Source: Scenedesmus sp. PABB004 (taxonomy: Eukaryota). From it: 64,000 nt of DNA. This document shows, piece after piece, positions 23,531-37,108 of the stretch. The position numbers and the translations under genes are program-made. Every line of letters starts with the position of its first letter. The stretch's first letter is position 1. Where the stretch lies: the NCBI GenBank assembly GCA_014905635.1, contig CM026547.1, positions 1,612,001-1,676,000 of the forward strand, read 5' to 3'. Under the pieces are notes generated by a model, which was given only the letters and a program-made list of their open reading frames with translations, did no database searches and was not told the origin of the DNA.

Positions 23531-25809
23531 ATGGTGGCCGCGAGCGACGCGCCGTCCCTGCAGGCGCAGGCGGCGGCGCTGCACCAGACCGTCTTTGGCG
23601 ACTCCGCGGCCGATGTGGAGGCGGTGAAGCGCAAGGAGGAGGCCATCGGCGGCCTCGCAGACACGTACGTGAAGCTCGGCGACGCTAAGGCGCTCACTGA
23701 GCTGCTGTCGGCGCTGCGCCCCTTCTTCGCGCTCATCCCCAAGGCCAAGACCGCCAAGCTGGTGCGCAACATCATCGACGCCATCGCCAAGATCCCCGAC
23801 TCAACTGACATCCAGGCGCGGCCGCGCCCGCGCCCGGCAGCGCGGCGGCGGCGTGGCGGTTGCGGCGGTTGGCGCGCGCGCCCGCCCACAGCGCGCGTGC
23901 GGAGCGCCGACAGACCGGCCCGCCGGCCCCGCCCCGCTCGCGCGCCGCGCAGGTGGAGGTGTGCAAGCAGCAGGTGGAGTGGGCGGTCGCCGAGAAGCGC
24001 ACGTTCCTGCGGCAGCGCATCCAGCTGCGCCTCGCCAGCCTCTACCTCGACACCGCGGAGTACCAGGAGTCGCTCAAGATCGTGGCCACGTGCGCCCCCG
24101 CCGCCGCCGCCGCCGCCGCCACCGCCGCCGCGGCGGCAGCGCCGCGGCACGGCAGCGCCGCGGCTCGGCAGCGCCGGCTGGCGGCGCCGCGGCGGCGGCT
24201 GCGCTCTGCCGCCCACCGACGGCGCCGCCGCCGCCGCCGCCGGCGACGCGCGCAGGCTGCTGACGGAGGTGAAGAAGCTGGACGACAAGCTGCTGCTGGT
24301 CGACATCCACCTCCTGGAGTCGCGGGGTGCGCGGCGCCTGCGCGCGCGCGGGCGCAGGCCGCGCAGTTGACAGCGCGGCGCGCCTCGGCGGCGCGGCCGC
24401 CGGCGGCGGCGCCGACGCGCGCGCCGCCCGCCGCCCGCCGCGCGCCGCGCCGCAGTGCACCACGCGCTGCGCAACCAGCCCAAGAGCCGCGCGTCGCTCA
24501 CGGCGGCGCGCACGGCGGCGAACGCCATCTACGTGCCCATCGCGCTGCAGGCCGAGGTGCGCGCCGCGCGCCGCGCACGCGCACGCGCGCGCGCCGCTGC
24601 CTCGCTCCCTCCCCCGCGCCCGCCACCCGCCCCGGGCCCGCGCCCACCCTCCTCCCGCGCCGCGCCGCGCCGCGCCGCGCCGCGCCGCCAGATTGACACG
24701 CAGAGCGGCATCCTTCACGCGGACGAGAAGGACTACAAGACCGCGTACTCGTACTTCTTCGAGGCCTTTGAGCAGTTTGCCGCGCTCGACGACCCGCAGG
24801 CCATGGCGGTGCTCAAGTACATGCTGCTCTGCAAGGTCATGCTCAACGACGCCGGTGCGACGCAGCGCAGCGCAACGCAGCGCAGCGCAGCGCAGCGCAG
24901 CGCAGCGCAGCGCAGCGCAGCTGTCGGCTGCGGGGCTGCGGCGCCTGCCGACCCGCCGCCGCCGCTGCGGCGCGCAGGCGACGTGCCGTCGATCATCAGC
25001 AGCAAGGCGGGGCTCAAGTACGTGGGGCCCGACGTGGACGCGATGCGCGCGGTGGCCAAGGCCTACCAGGACCGCAGCCTCAAGGAGTTCCAGGCGCGCC
25101 CGCGGCGGCGACGCGCTGACGGGGGCTGCGGGGGGCGGCGGCGGCGGCGCGGCGCGCGGGTGCGCTGCTGCCGCGCGGCCGAGCGCGCGCCGCCGCGGGG
25201 GGCGCCGCGCGTCGCCGCGCAGAGCGTGCTGGACAGCTACAAGCCGCAGCTGGAGGGCGACGCGATCGTGCACACGCACCTCACCGCCCTCTACGGTGCG
25301 CCGCGCGCGCCGCGCGCCGCCGCCCCGCCCGCGGCGCCAACGCGGGCCGCTGCTCACGCGCGCGTCTCGGCCGCCGCGGCGCGGCGCGGCGCAGGCACGC
25401 TGCTGGAGCAGAACCTGGTGCGCCTGATCGAGCCGTACAGCCGCGTGGAGATCTCACACATCGCGGGGCTCATCGAGCTGCCCGTCGCGGCGGTGGAGCA
25501 GAAGCTCAGCCAGGCGCGCGCGCCCCCGCGCCCGCGCCCGCCGCGCCGGCCCGCCGCGGCGCCGCCAGCGTCGCCCGGCGCCGGCCCCTGCCAGCGCTCA
25601 CCGCGCGCCGCGCGCCGCGCATCCCCGCGCAGATGATTCTGGACAGGAAGTTCAGCGGCACGCTCGACCAGGGCGCGGGGTGCCTGGAGGTCTTTGACGG
25701 CCCGCCGCGCACCGCCGTCTACGACGACGCGCTGAGCATCATGGACACGCTCTCCAGCGTCGTCGACACGCTCTTCGCGCGCAGCCAAAACGTGGTCGCC
25801 TCGGTCTGA
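23531..25809 (+). CDS. RPN6: 26S proteasome regulatory subunit RPN6 (PSMD11); 9 exons
   Basis: IPKAKTAKLVRNIID, EKRTFLRQRIQLRLA, EVKKLDDKLLLVDIHLLES, SRASLTAARTAANAIY, DYKTAYSYFFEAFE, LLEQNLVRLIEPYSRVEI, KLSQ|MILDRKFSGTLDQG. Confidence 0.97.
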
Positions 25810-25889
25810 CCAGCCGGGCGGCGCGCCACGGGAGCGCGCGCGCGGCCTGGGCCGGCGCGGCTGCAGCGGCAGTCGCGGGGCGCGGGCGT

Positions 25890-25912
25890 GCGCTGTAACA
25901 AGTTTACAGCGC
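25890..25912. promoter_or_regulatory. Back-to-back TGTAA polyadenylation signals (both strands) in a palindrome
   Basis: GCGCTGTAA-CAAGT-TTACAGCGC lies between the convergent RPN6 and lipase stops. TGTAA is the established chlorophyte poly(A) signal. Confidence 0.7.
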
Positions 25913-26104
25913 GCGCCACATTTCGGCGGCCCACATTCTGGCAGCCGCTGCGCCGACCGCCGCCACTGCTGCGCCGTTCTGGGCAGAGGCTCAAGTTCTC
26001 AGGGCAGCCCCACACATCAAAGCAATGGGTAAAGAACGCGCTGTCTCAGCGCGGCCAGCCCGCGCGGGCCCGTGTCGCAGGGCCCCGCCGCCGCAGGCGC
26101 TGGC

Positions 26105-26187
26105 CTAGAACGTCCCGGGCGCATAGCGGAACATGACGTCCACCATGTCGGCCGCGTACAGCGCGTTGCGGTCCCACACAAAGTCCT

Positions 26188-26224
<37 letters not shown>

Positions 26225-28418
26225 GGGGCACAGGGTTAAGGGGTTGGAGGGCGCGTTGCCGCGCCGGCCGCTCGGCTCCACGACCCCCTCACTGCCCTGC
26301 CCGCACACACTCAGCGCGCGCACACGCACCATGTGGCTGTAGCGCGGGTACAGGTACTGCACCACCGGCACGTCGGGCGCGAAGCGGCGCTGCTGCTCCG
26401 CGACGTCCTCGGGCGTGGACATGATGTCGATGGACCCTGGGCCACGCGGCGCCGCGCGCGGGAGGTCGGCGGCGGCGGGCGGGCGCGCAGACGGGCGGCC
26501 GCCGGGCGCGGGCGGCGCGGCGCAGCGCGCGGCGCAGCGCGCGCGCGGCGCGCGCGCACCGAGAAAGAAGGCCTGCGGCGCGGTGATGCGCGTGAGGTTG
26601 TACTCGGGCGGCACGGTGGCGCCGTAGGCGGCCATGTTGCAGCTCTCGTGGTAGCTGCGCGGCCAGGCCGCGCCGAGGATGAGGTTGGTGCAGTCGTTGC
26701 CGTAGTCATACTTCTGCAGCCGCAGCACGCCGTCGCGGTCCATCTGCGCCGCCGCACCCCCCGGCGGCGGCGGCGGCGCGCGTGGGCGCGCGGCGCCGAG
26801 GGGCGCGCGGCGCGGCGCCGCGCGACGCGGCCGCCCGCGCGCCGCGGGCGCGCGGGTGCCGGCGCGCCTGGCTCCAGTGCTCCAGGTTGCGCGTCGCCAC
26901 GGTGCTGGGCCAGGTGGTGCCGACGAGCAGGTAGTCGCTGGGGGGGACGAAGACGCTGGGGCCGTAGAACATGCCGTTGAGCTGCTGCGTGCACCACTCG
27001 TTGAACGTCGAGTTGTGCTTGCAGAAGGGCATCACAAAGGGCGAGAGGTCGCGGTTGGCCAGGAACTCGCCGAGCGGCGCGTTCTTCAGCCACTGCGGCG
27101 GTTCCCGGCGCGCGGCGGCGGCGCGGTCGGCGGCCGGCGGCCGCCGCCGGCGCGCGCGCTGCGCTGTGCTGCGCGGCGCGGTGGGCGGTGCGGGGCGCGT
27201 GGGGGGCCGCGCCTGGTCGGACTTGACCTTGGGCTGCGCCTTGAGGAAGGGCGCGCGTATGAACTCAATGAACGCGACGGGCCCGACGTGCAGCACGACG
27301 CTGACCTTGTCGTTGTACTCGGGCTTGTCCGAGAGCAGCATGTAGATGAGCGTGCAGCCCTGGCTGTGCCCCACGTACGCGAGCTTGGACGCGCCGCTCG
27401 TCTTGAGCGCGTAGTCGATCTGCGCGGGAATGTCCACGAGCGCGAGGTCGTCCATGGACCAGCGCCAGTATTTCTGGCCCCACTGGTTGAGGAAGACGTG
27501 CCCCCGGCTGTACGTGTTGCCGCGGCTGTTGGAGAGCCAGACGTCAAAGCCTGGCCCGCGGCGCGCCGGGGCGCGCGCAGCGCGGGGCGGCCGCCGTCGT
27601 GGAGCCCCGGCCGGCGGCGGCGGGCGGGCGGCCTGCGCACGCGCCCCGCGCGCGCGCCGCGCCCCCGCCGGCGCGCACCCGCGTCCGCGAGGATGTAGGC
27701 CATGCTCTCGTTGGCGTTGAGCAGCGTGAAGCTGTTGCTCGCGAGCGTCACGCCGTGCTGCAGCATGACCACGGGCTTGCGCCCGCGCTCCGTGTGCCGC
27801 GACGCGCCCGCGGGGATGCGGTACATGTTGAGGATGAAGCCGTCCACAGTCACGACCTTGTGGTTCTCAAGCGGGTACCCCGCGGCGGGGACGAGGTCTG
27901 CGGTGACGCAGCGCGGCGCGCAGTGGCGCGGTGGTGCGGTGGCGCAGTGCGGCGCGCGGTGCGGCCCGCGGCCGCGACGCCGAGCCCTGCCGGCTGTCTG
28001 CCAGCCCCCTGCCAGCCCTCTCTGCCAGCCCGCTCTGCCGCCGCGCGCGCTCGCGGCGCGCGCGCGCGCTCGCGCTGCGCGCACCCTCCATCTTGGCGGC
28101 CCAGCGCTCGCTGAACACGTCGATCGACGGCGCGTCCTTGCTCCCCAGGAACGGCAGGCTGGGGATGGGCGCGGGCCCGGCGCGGCCGAAGATGCCCTCG
28201 GGGATGATGTGGTCGCGCGGCTGCGCGGCGCCAGAGCCGGCGGCGCTGCCGCCGTCGTCGCCCGCGAGCGCGCGGCGCGGCGCGCGCAGCCCCGTCTCGG
28301 CCTGCAGCCGCTCCAGCAGCGCGGCCTGCGCGTCGGTCATCTCCACGGCGCCCGCCAGCGCCGCGCAGGCGCAGAGCAGGGCGAGGCCGAGGCCCGCCAG
28401 CCTGCTCGCGGCCCTCAT
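26105..28418 (-). CDS. Secreted/lysosomal acid triacylglycerol lipase (alpha/beta-hydrolase, LIPA-like)
   Basis: Signal peptide MRAASRLAGLGLALLCACAALA, GYPLENHKVVTVDGFILNMYRIP, LQHG, YILADAG|FDVWLSNSRGNTYS, catalytic YVGHSQG, YDYG, PPEYNL, YSHM|DFVW. Confidence 0.93.
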
Positions 28419-29055
28419 CTGCCTACGCTGCACCAGGCGCGCGCTGCAGGCACTGAAGGGCGCGTCCGACTCGCGCTGTCTCCCGCGACCGGCCTGGCAC
28501 GCCGCTGCGTGCCGATCGCCCGCGGCGCGCCGCGGCCAGCCGAGCCGAGCGCGGGAAGTGGGCCGTCCTGGCCCTGTGCGTCGGCGCGGGGTCCTCTCTG
28601 CTCGCGACACCCTCGTCTGTGCACCAACAGTGCTAGTGAGCAGCTGCGCGGGCCCGAGCGCGCTCCGCGGTCGGCAGGCCCGCGCCCGCCGGCCGGCGGG
28701 CTGCCCGCCCGGCTGCTGCTCGTGCAGCGCAGCGCTCACCACCGGAGGTCCCAGAGCCCAAGGTGCATGCGTCGAGAAGCTGCGAGCAGCTCGGCTGCCC
28801 GCTGCGGCGCGCCGGCCGCTGCCGTGCGAGCGCGCTGCGCCGGCGCTGGCCTGCGCTGCGTTCACAGGCCGCGCGAAGAGCGCCTGCCTGGCCTCCGTTG
28901 GGTTACAGAGTTGATTTCGCCAGCTGCTCGACCGCCCAGAAGAAAGCGCATCCCAGCCGCCGCCCCCCGTTTCGGGAGGACACGCGCGCTGCAATCCCAC
29001 CCGCACCCAAGCCATGCCCCTCGCCCCGCGTGCCCGCGCGCGCGGCACCCCCGCG

Positions 29056-29543
29056 CTACAGCAGCGCCGCGCCCGACGGCGGCTGCAGCGCGGGCACGTG
29101 CAGCGCGCCCGCGGGGCCCGGCTTGGGCGCGGGCGCGGCGCCGCCGCCGCTGGGCGCGGCGCCGAGGTGGTGGTGCGCCGGGCGCAGCAGCCCCTGGCGC
29201 AGCGCGGGGTCGGACGTGCTGCGCCGCCGCTGCATCCAGGCCGACGCGCGCAGCCGCGCGAGCAGGCGCAGCGCGAGCGTGCTGCCGAGCTCCGCGAGCC
29301 CCGCGGCCGCGGCGTTGACCGCCATGATGGCCAGCAGGCCCGCGCGGAACGCCGCCGGCAGGCCGTCGGGCGGGCCCCGCCCGACGAGCGTCTGCACGCG
29401 CGTCGTGAACGCGTCGACGCTGAACAGGCTGTAGACCAGGAACGCCACCTGGGCCACCATCGCCGCGAGCAGGCCCCAGTTGGTCCACAGCGGCTGCCTG
29501 CGCGCGCGTGGCGGCGGGGAGGCGGAGGGCTCGGGCGCGGCGC

Positions 29544-29579
<36 letters not shown>

Positions 29580-32500
29580 GGGCGCCGCCCCGGCGCGGCG
29601 CGCTGCGGCCCACACGCGGCGCTGTGCCGCACCGGTGGGGGTATCCCTTGTTGAACACGGCGGCGAGGATGACAAACTGTGAGAGGCAGACGAGGTAGAT
29701 GACGCTCGTCTCGGGCGCGACGTACGTGCGCAGGTCGGACGACCCCACGGTCGGGACGTACCAGGGAATGCGGTACAGCGCACGCAGCGCCACCAGCTGC
29801 GCGCCGGGCGGGCGCGGCCGGGCGCGGGCGGGCGTGGGCGCGGGGCGCGGGCGGGCGTGGGCGCGGGGCGCGGGCGGGCACAGCGGGCACAGCGCGCGCG
29901 GCGCGGCGGCGCGCAGCGCGCGCGGCGGCGGCGCGCCTGGAACACGATGACGACCGCGATCTGCAGCAGCAGGGAGAGCACGAGCGGCAGCGAGAGCACG
30001 CGGCCGACGGGCTTGTCGCGCGCGAGCGCCGCGCGCGGGCGCGTGTAGCCCATGAGCGCGGCGAGGATGGTGATGTAGAAGAGGTCCTGTATGAGGTACT
30101 GGTAGTTGCCCATCTGCAGCGCGTGCGTGTACATGAGGTTGGTCGCAAACGCCTGCGCCATCGCGTAGCCGACGATGAACTGGAAGATCTGGTACGTCGC
30201 GAGCAGCGCGCAGCGCCCCTCCGCCACGACCGCGATCATGCTTGTGATGCTCTGCTGCCGGCTCGTCATCGGCGCCGCGACGCTCGCCTCGGCCTCGCAC
30301 AGGCTCACGCCGACGTGCGCCGCCTTGAGCGCGCCGCAGTCGTTCGCGCCGTCGCCGCAGAAGCCGACGTGCAGCCCGAGGTGCGGGCAGCCGTGCGGCG
30401 CGCCCTGCAGGCCGTGGCCGAGCAGCTCCATGAGGTCGCGCTTGTTGTCGGGCGACATGCGCGCAAACACGGCGCCGCGGCGCAGCAGCGGCTGCAGCAG
30501 CTCGTGGTCGTACGGCGGGACCAGCAGCGCGTCAAAGCCCTTGCCCGTCACCGCGCACTCGAGGTCGCCCATCATCACCTGGCGCGCGGGCGGCGACGGC
30601 GCGCCGCGCGCGCAGGTGGGCGGCCGCGCCGCCGCGCGACGCGGGCGAGCGCGGCGCGCGCGTGGGCGCCGCCCGGCCCGGCGCGGCCCCGCCGCGGCGC
30701 GCCGCACCTGGGGCAGCACCGTGGCGCGCGAGACGGTGTGGTTGACGCTGCCGTCGGCGTAGAGCACGCTCAGCGCGACGCCGCTCGCCGCGCGGGCGCC
30801 CGCGTGCGGCGCGTCCATGAGCAGCACGGGCCGCCCCGGCGGCAGGATGTTGCACTGGTGCGCCACCGAGACCGCGGTGCGCACGTGGTCGCCGGTGACC
30901 ATGGCGGTGCGGATCTGCGCCTTCTGCAGCGCGTCGATCGCGCCCGCCGTGTCGGCGCGGAGCGGGTTGGCGAGCACGGCGAGGCCGACGAGCTCCAGCG
31001 GCACCGCGCCCTCGAGCTGCGCCTGGCTGTACCGCCCCAGCGCGCCGTCGGGGAGCAGGCCCGGCGTGACGAAGCCGCGCGCGAGCGCGAGCACGCGCAG
31101 GCCCTCGCGCGTGTACTCGCCCAGCACGGCGTCAAAGTCGGGCGGCACCGAGCTCGGCGCCACGAGGCCCTTGATCATCTCGGGGCTGCCCTTGACGTAC
31201 AGCACGTGGCTCGCGCCGCCGCCGCCGCCGAGCGACGCGCGCGACGCGTGCGCGTGCGCGTGCACGCCACCGCCCGGCGCGCCGCCGCCCGAGAAGCTCA
31301 GCAGGTCGGCAACGCCGCCCGCCGGCGCGCTGGCGCTGCCCTGCAGCGCGGCGCCCGCGAGGCCGGCGCCCGGCAGCTCCACGACCACCAGGTTGCGCTG
31401 CAACGCGCTGCTGAACTCGAAGCGCCGCACGATCGCGGCGCCGCCGCCGGGCTGGCCTGGCGGGTGCACGCGCGCGAGCGTCTGCATCGCGCCGCCGCTG
31501 CTGCTGCTGCGCACCGCCGCCGCCGCCGCCTGCGGGTGCACGTGGTCCTCGCAGTCGATCATCGACCAGCCGCTCGCGGCAAAGAGCTTTTGGTCCAGCG
31601 GGTCGCCGACGAGCGTGTCGCCCAGCCACGCGAGGCCGTGGCAGCTCGCCAGCAGCTGCGGCACGTCGGGCGGCAGCTGCGCCATGTCGGTGCCCGACGG
31701 CTCAAAGCGCCCGTTGTTCACGGGCGCGATGCTCTGCAGCTCCAGGCCCTGCACCGTCAGCGTGCCTGCGGCGGCGGCGGCGCCAGCGGCGCGCGCGCGC
31801 GCGTGACGCGGGCGCGCCGGCGCAACGCCGCGGGCCGACGATGCGGCGGCGCTCGCCCGGGGCCACCACCGCCGCGGCTGCCGCCGCCGCGGCCGCCGCG
31901 CGCGCGCACCGGTCTTGTCGAAGCACACGATGTCCAGCTGGCCCGCGAGCGTGATGGTGTGGGGGCCGGTGACGTAGATGCCGACGCGGCGCAGCCGGCC
32001 GATGCTGAACACGGTCGCGATGGTGAGGCACGCCGGCAGCGCGGGCGGCACGGCGATGGTGATCATGTCAAAGAACCGCACCGCGATGCGCCCCGGCTGC
32101 GCGCCGATGTGCGCCAGCACGACCGCCGCCCACACAAAGATGCCCATGCACGCGACCTGGCGGCGGCGGCGCCGGGAAGGCGCGCGCGTCGGCGGGCGCG
32201 CTCGTCGGCGGGTGCGGCGCGGGGCGGCGCGGCGCGGCGGCCAGCGGCGGCCGCGGGCGCGCACGAGCATGACGGCGATGAACTTGAGGCTGTCGCTGAT
32301 GAACGCCTCGCTGGTGCCGCGCGGGAAGAGGATGGAGCGCAGCAGCTGGCCCTTGGCGCTGTAGAAGCGCGTGCGCACGACCATGGCCAGCGACGCGCCG
32401 CCCGCGCTCGCGGCGGGGCTGAGCCCCAGCCCCGCGAACGCCTCGGCGCCGCCGCCGCCGGGCGCGCGCGCCTGCGCGACCTGCGTGCCGCCGTAGAGCG

Positions 32501-33588
32501 TGCAGGCGGCGTGCTTGTCGGGGCTGTACGCTGCGCCCTCCACGCTGGGGCTGTACGCCACCTTGCGCACGGGCACAGACTCGCCTGCCGGCGGCGGCGG
32601 GCGCGGCGGCGGCTGAGCGGCCGCGGCGCGCGAGCGGCGCCGGGCTGCGATGCCGCTCTGGCAGCGGTCGCCGCCGCGGCCGCATGCGCGCGCGGGGCGC
32701 ACCCGTGAGCATGTTTTCGTCCACGATGCACTCGCCGCTCAGCAGCACCGCGTCGGCTGGCAATGTGCCCGGCACGACCGCGATGATGTCCCCTGGCACC
32801 AGGCTCTGCGACGGCAGCGTCCGGAACGCGCCCCCGCGCAGCACCTCCACCTGCGCGGGCGGCGGCGGCGGGCGTCGCCCCCCGCCCCAGCGCCGCGCCT
32901 GCCGCGGGGCGCCGCGCCGCGGGTGCGTGTGCCGCGGGTGCGCGTGCCGTGCTCGCGCACCATGCACGAGAAGTGCGCGATGTCTGCGAGGCGGCGCATG
33001 TTTTGGTGCGTCTCGACCGCGCTGGTGAGGATTGAGAACCAGGTGATGACAAAGATGCAGACCGCGTACGTGTAGTACGCGTCCCCGGCGACCCACACGA
33101 TGATGCTAAAGTACTGGAACACGTAAAAGGGGTGCCACATCTCGTCGCCCACGATCGCCGCGACGCTCTTGACCGGGATGGCCATCTCGTTCGCGCCGTA
33201 GCGCTGCTGCCGGTCGCCCAGCGCCCACGCGCGCTCCTCCAGGCACCTGCGGCGGCGCGGCGCGCTGCGCGCTGCGCGCTGCGCGCTGCGCGCTGCGCGC
33301 TGCGCACGGCTGCTGCGCGCCGCGCCGCCCCCCAGGGACGCGCGCCTGGGGTCCTGCGTCGCCGCGAGCTGCGTCGCGCTGGCCTGCAGCTGCGCGTTGA
33401 AGGTCTTGGGCACGTCCGGGACCGGCAGGAATGTGTCGGCCGCCTCCACATAAAAGTAGCGCCCGCAGCGGTACTCCAGCAGCCGCTCCTGCACCGGGAA
33501 GCCCTGCGCACACGGGCGCGCGGCGGCGGCGCGTGCGTCGGGCGGGCGCGGGCCGCCGCTGCTGCTGCTGCTGCTGCTGCTGGGGCCG

Positions 33589-33626
<38 letters not shown>

Positions 33627-34942
33627 GCAAGCTGCTGCTGCGCCGTCTGCTGCTGCACCAGGTGCTGCGCCGCCGCCGCTGCTCACCGCCTGCGCCAGCA
33701 GGTCCGGGTGCTGCGCCGGCGAGAGGTAAGGGTGCGACGCCGCGGGCGCCGGCTGCAGCACCAGCACCTCGTGCAGGCTGACGCGGCCGTCGTGCAGCTG
33801 CGGTGCGCGGCGTGGGGTGGCGGGTCGGCGCGGCGGCGCGCGCGGCCAGCCGCCGCGGCCTGGCGGCGCCCGCGTCCGCGCCCGCGCCTGAGCGGCGGCG
33901 CCCCCCGCGCGCTCACCGTGACGCGCACAAACTTGGCCTGCTTCAGCGGGCAGCGGCTGAGCCGCAGCGCGGTGCGTACGCGCAGCGACCACTTGGCGAC
34001 CAGGAAGAGCACCCCGAAGCTGCACACGCCGAGCACCGCGAACAGGAGCTGCTTGTGCCATGGCGAGTCGAAGCCCTCGAAGGACAGGATCTCCTGCGGG
34101 GCGAACCAGGGGAGAGGGTGAGGGGGCGCGGGCGGGGGTTGGCGCCGGCGCTGCTGCGCCAACCGTCGCGCCGCCGCGGGCTGGCGGCTGCCCCGGCGCT
34201 CGAGGCGCTGCGCCCGGGCGACGTCGTGCGACGTCCTGGTCCGTCCCCGCGGCCGGTCGCGGCCCCACGGCCCCGGGCGGCGGCGCTGGCGGGCTGGCGC
34301 CGCGATGGCGCGCTACCTTGTCGGCGCCGCTGAACGCGTCCGGCGCCGGCCGCGCCGGGCGGCCGGGCCGGGCCTTGACGCTGCTGCTGAGCGGCTGCTC
34401 GAGCTCGAACGCGGCCACGGGCGCGGCGCCCTTGCCCGAGCCGCGCTCGAGCTCGTCCTCGAGCACGAATTGGCTGCCCATGGCGCTGACGCGCGCGTCA
34501 GGCGCGTGCTCAGGGGCCGCGCCCGCGCGCTGCGGCCACGCTGGCGCGCTGCCCGGTCGACGACGCTGCTGGCCGCGCCATGCGAGCTGGTGCGCGGGCC
34601 GGGACTGCTCGGGCGCTGGACTGACGCACACACAGCCGGGTGCAGCAGCTGACCGCGCCGCGCCGCGCGCCCTGAGCCCCGCCGCCGCGCGCCAGTCGCG
34701 CGACCGGCGCGCGCGCAGCCGGGCCCGTGCACGGCAGCGCCCGCCGCGCCGCCGCCGCGCACCTTGCTGTGAGCCTCCTCGTCACCGCCGGGACCGCTGG
34801 GGAGGAGGAACGCGATGGGCACGTGCTGGTGGTGGGACGCGCCGGCGGCGCCGGCGTCGCCCTCGAGGGAGGTCCGGCGCGAAGACCCGCCGCTCAGCAG
34901 GGGCTCGTGAAGCAGCCCACCACCTCCGCCACCGGCTCCCAT
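29056..34942 (-). CDS. P5B-type ATPase (ATP13A2/Ypk9-like, putative polyamine transporter)
   Basis: HPFYVFQYFS, LVPGD, VDENMLT|GES, TIAVPPALPA (P5B motif), CFDKTG|TLT, VGDPLD, KGSPE, MVTGD, FARMSPDNK, FCGDGANDCGALKAAHVGVSL. The start could alternatively be 34481 (MGSQF). Confidence 0.92.
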
Positions 34943-35579
34943 GGGCACGCGGGCCGCGCCGCGGGCCGCCGTCGACCGCCGAGCGGCGTGCGCAGCTGTT
35001 GCTGCTGCGGGTGCTCGGGCGCGGGTCCCGGCGAGTCGCTGAGCTTTCCGGGAGCTGTCTGGTGTGAGTTCGCTGGCCCGCGGACCGCGGCCGCCCTGGC
35101 CGCGGCCGAGCTGGCGAGTCTCCGGGCTGGCCGTGCCTGGCCCGTGTGAGCCCGCCACGCGTCTGGCTGGCCGACGCGAACGGCGACGACCGTGGGAGCG
35201 CTCGCGAAGCTGCCGCTGCCCCTGCACGCCGGCACCGCCGCCGCTGCTCGCTAGCCGCCGCGGGCCGCGGTCGCGGTCAGGGCCCTCTCCTCCACGCCTT
35301 CCTGCGTAACAGAGTGCCCCCCAGCCCGACCACGACCCGAGCCATTTCCCTGGCTCCAAGTGCAAACCCTAGCGAGCGGTTGTCCGCGCCGACCGTTCGA
35401 GCGCCCGCCGGTCATGCGGGCGGTGCACCATCACCCTCAGCGCCGAGGTCAGGTTGGTCAGGGTTTGTCACGCTCTGCGACAGATGGCCCAGTCTTGACA
35501 AGCCACGTCGTCGACGACGGCCGCGTCGCGCGCGCCGCCGCCGCTGGGCGACGCCGCCGCCACGCGCCGCAGCGGTTGG

Positions 35580-37108
35580 TCAGTCGTCGCCCCACACCTC
35601 CTTCTGCTGTTGCTGCCGCTGCTGCTTGTCCTGCTTGTTGGCGCGCCGCAGCGCCGCGAGCTCCCGCTCGGCGCCGCGGTCGCGCACCTGGCCCGAGGCG
35701 CGCGCAGGGGGCGCAGGTGAGACAGAGAAGGGGGGGGGGGGGGCCGCGTGCCGCCGCCCACACACGCACCTCCTTGTTGCCCAGTGCGTTGCTGATGAGG
35801 CGCCGCGCGACGGCGGTGGTGGTCTTCGGCCGTGCCGACCGCGGCGGCAGCAGGTCTGCCGGCGGGGCGCGCGAGCGGCGGCGGGTGAGCGCCGGGCCGG
35901 CCGCTCGGCCGCCGCGACGCCCCCCGCCCCGCCCACCCACACCCGCGCCCGCGGTCGCGCCGCCGCACCCTCCGCTGCGACGGCGTGCGCCGCGCTGCTC
36001 GCGCGCGCGTAGGGCCGCACGGCGTAGGTCGCCTGCGTCGAGTCGAGCAGCGCCTGCGCCGCGGCGGCGCAGGGGAAGACCGCGAGCGCGTGGCTGTCGT
36101 CCAGCCAGCGCACGTTTGGCGACGTGCCGCCCCACATGAAGCCGAGCAGAAACTCCTCGAGGTGCCCCGTGCGCACGCCGCGGTTCAGGCCGTGCAGCTC
36201 GACCACGTGCGGCGCCGCGGGCGCTGCGCGGCGACGCGCGCGTGCAGGCGTGCGTGAGCGGCGGGCGCGGCGCGGCGCGGCGCGGCGCGGCGCGGCGCGG
36301 CGCGGCGCGGCGCGGCGCGGCGGCCCCGCTGCCCGCCGAGCCCCGCCCCGGCACGCGCACCGAGCGAGTCCCACCCGCCGTCCGAGCCGTCCGACGCGGC
36401 GCCGCACTTGGACTCGCCGCGCCCGCGCGGCCGCGAGCCCGCCTGCCGCGCGCTGCCGCTGCTGCTGGGCCGCGCCGCCGGCCGCCCGCCGGCGGGGGCG
36501 CTGCCGGGCCGTTCCCGCAGCGGGCCCGGCTGCCGCGCGGCCTCCTCCACCGCCGCCTGCTGCTGCTGCTGCTGCTGCGCCTGCTGCTGCTGCTGCTCAA
36601 AGCTGCTCGCCGTGCGCAGCGTCGACAGGTCGGGCTCCCAGTCGTCCGACCTGTCCCAACCGCTGCCGCTGCTGCTCTCCCGCGCGCCGCCCGGCGGCGA
36701 CAGCCCGTCCGCCGCCGACGGCGTCGCCGGCGCGCCGCTGCCGCCGGTGGCGCCGCCGGCGTCGCCTGCGGCGCGGCGTGGCGGCGGCGAGCGTCGCCGC
36801 CGGCCGGCCGCGGCCCGCGCCCGCGGCGCCGCGCGGCGCCCACCTGCTCCTGCGGGCGGCGGCGCGTCGCCGCCGCCCATCTCCGCGGTGCGCAGCCGGT
36901 AGGCCTGCTGCAGCAGGCTCCGCGCGCCCTCCGCGTCGCCCTGCGGCGCGGCGCGGCGCCGTGACTGCCGCCGCCGCCGGCGCCGGCCGTGCCGCAGGCT
37001 GCGCCGGCGCCTCACCTCGGCGAGCTTGAGGTCGGCCAGCTCCGCCAGCAGCGCGGCGCGCGTGGCGTCGTCCCCGGCCTGCTCGCGGCGCGCCGCGTCG
37101 CCCGCCAT
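35580..37108 (-). CDS. R3HCC1/R3HCC1L-like coiled-coil protein with a C-terminal RRM-like domain
   Basis: HVVELHGL..TGHLEEFL, VRWLDDSHALAVF, RPKTTTAVARRLISNALG, and a C-terminal coiled coil ending in VWGDD*. Confidence 0.75.

Noticed and set aside
20900..24370. Very long single ORFs (1156 aa here; also 5943-9122, 27867-32702, 57405-61988) as intronless genes
   Set aside because: Stop codons are rare at this GC content. These ORFs read through introns and antisense exons, giving Arg/Ala/Pro junk between real motifs.
24861..24920. (GCGCA)n and similar (GCGCG/CGCCG)n intronic runs as a mobile intron family
   Set aside because: These are simple-sequence expansions. The introns do not share alignable unique sequence, as introner elements would.
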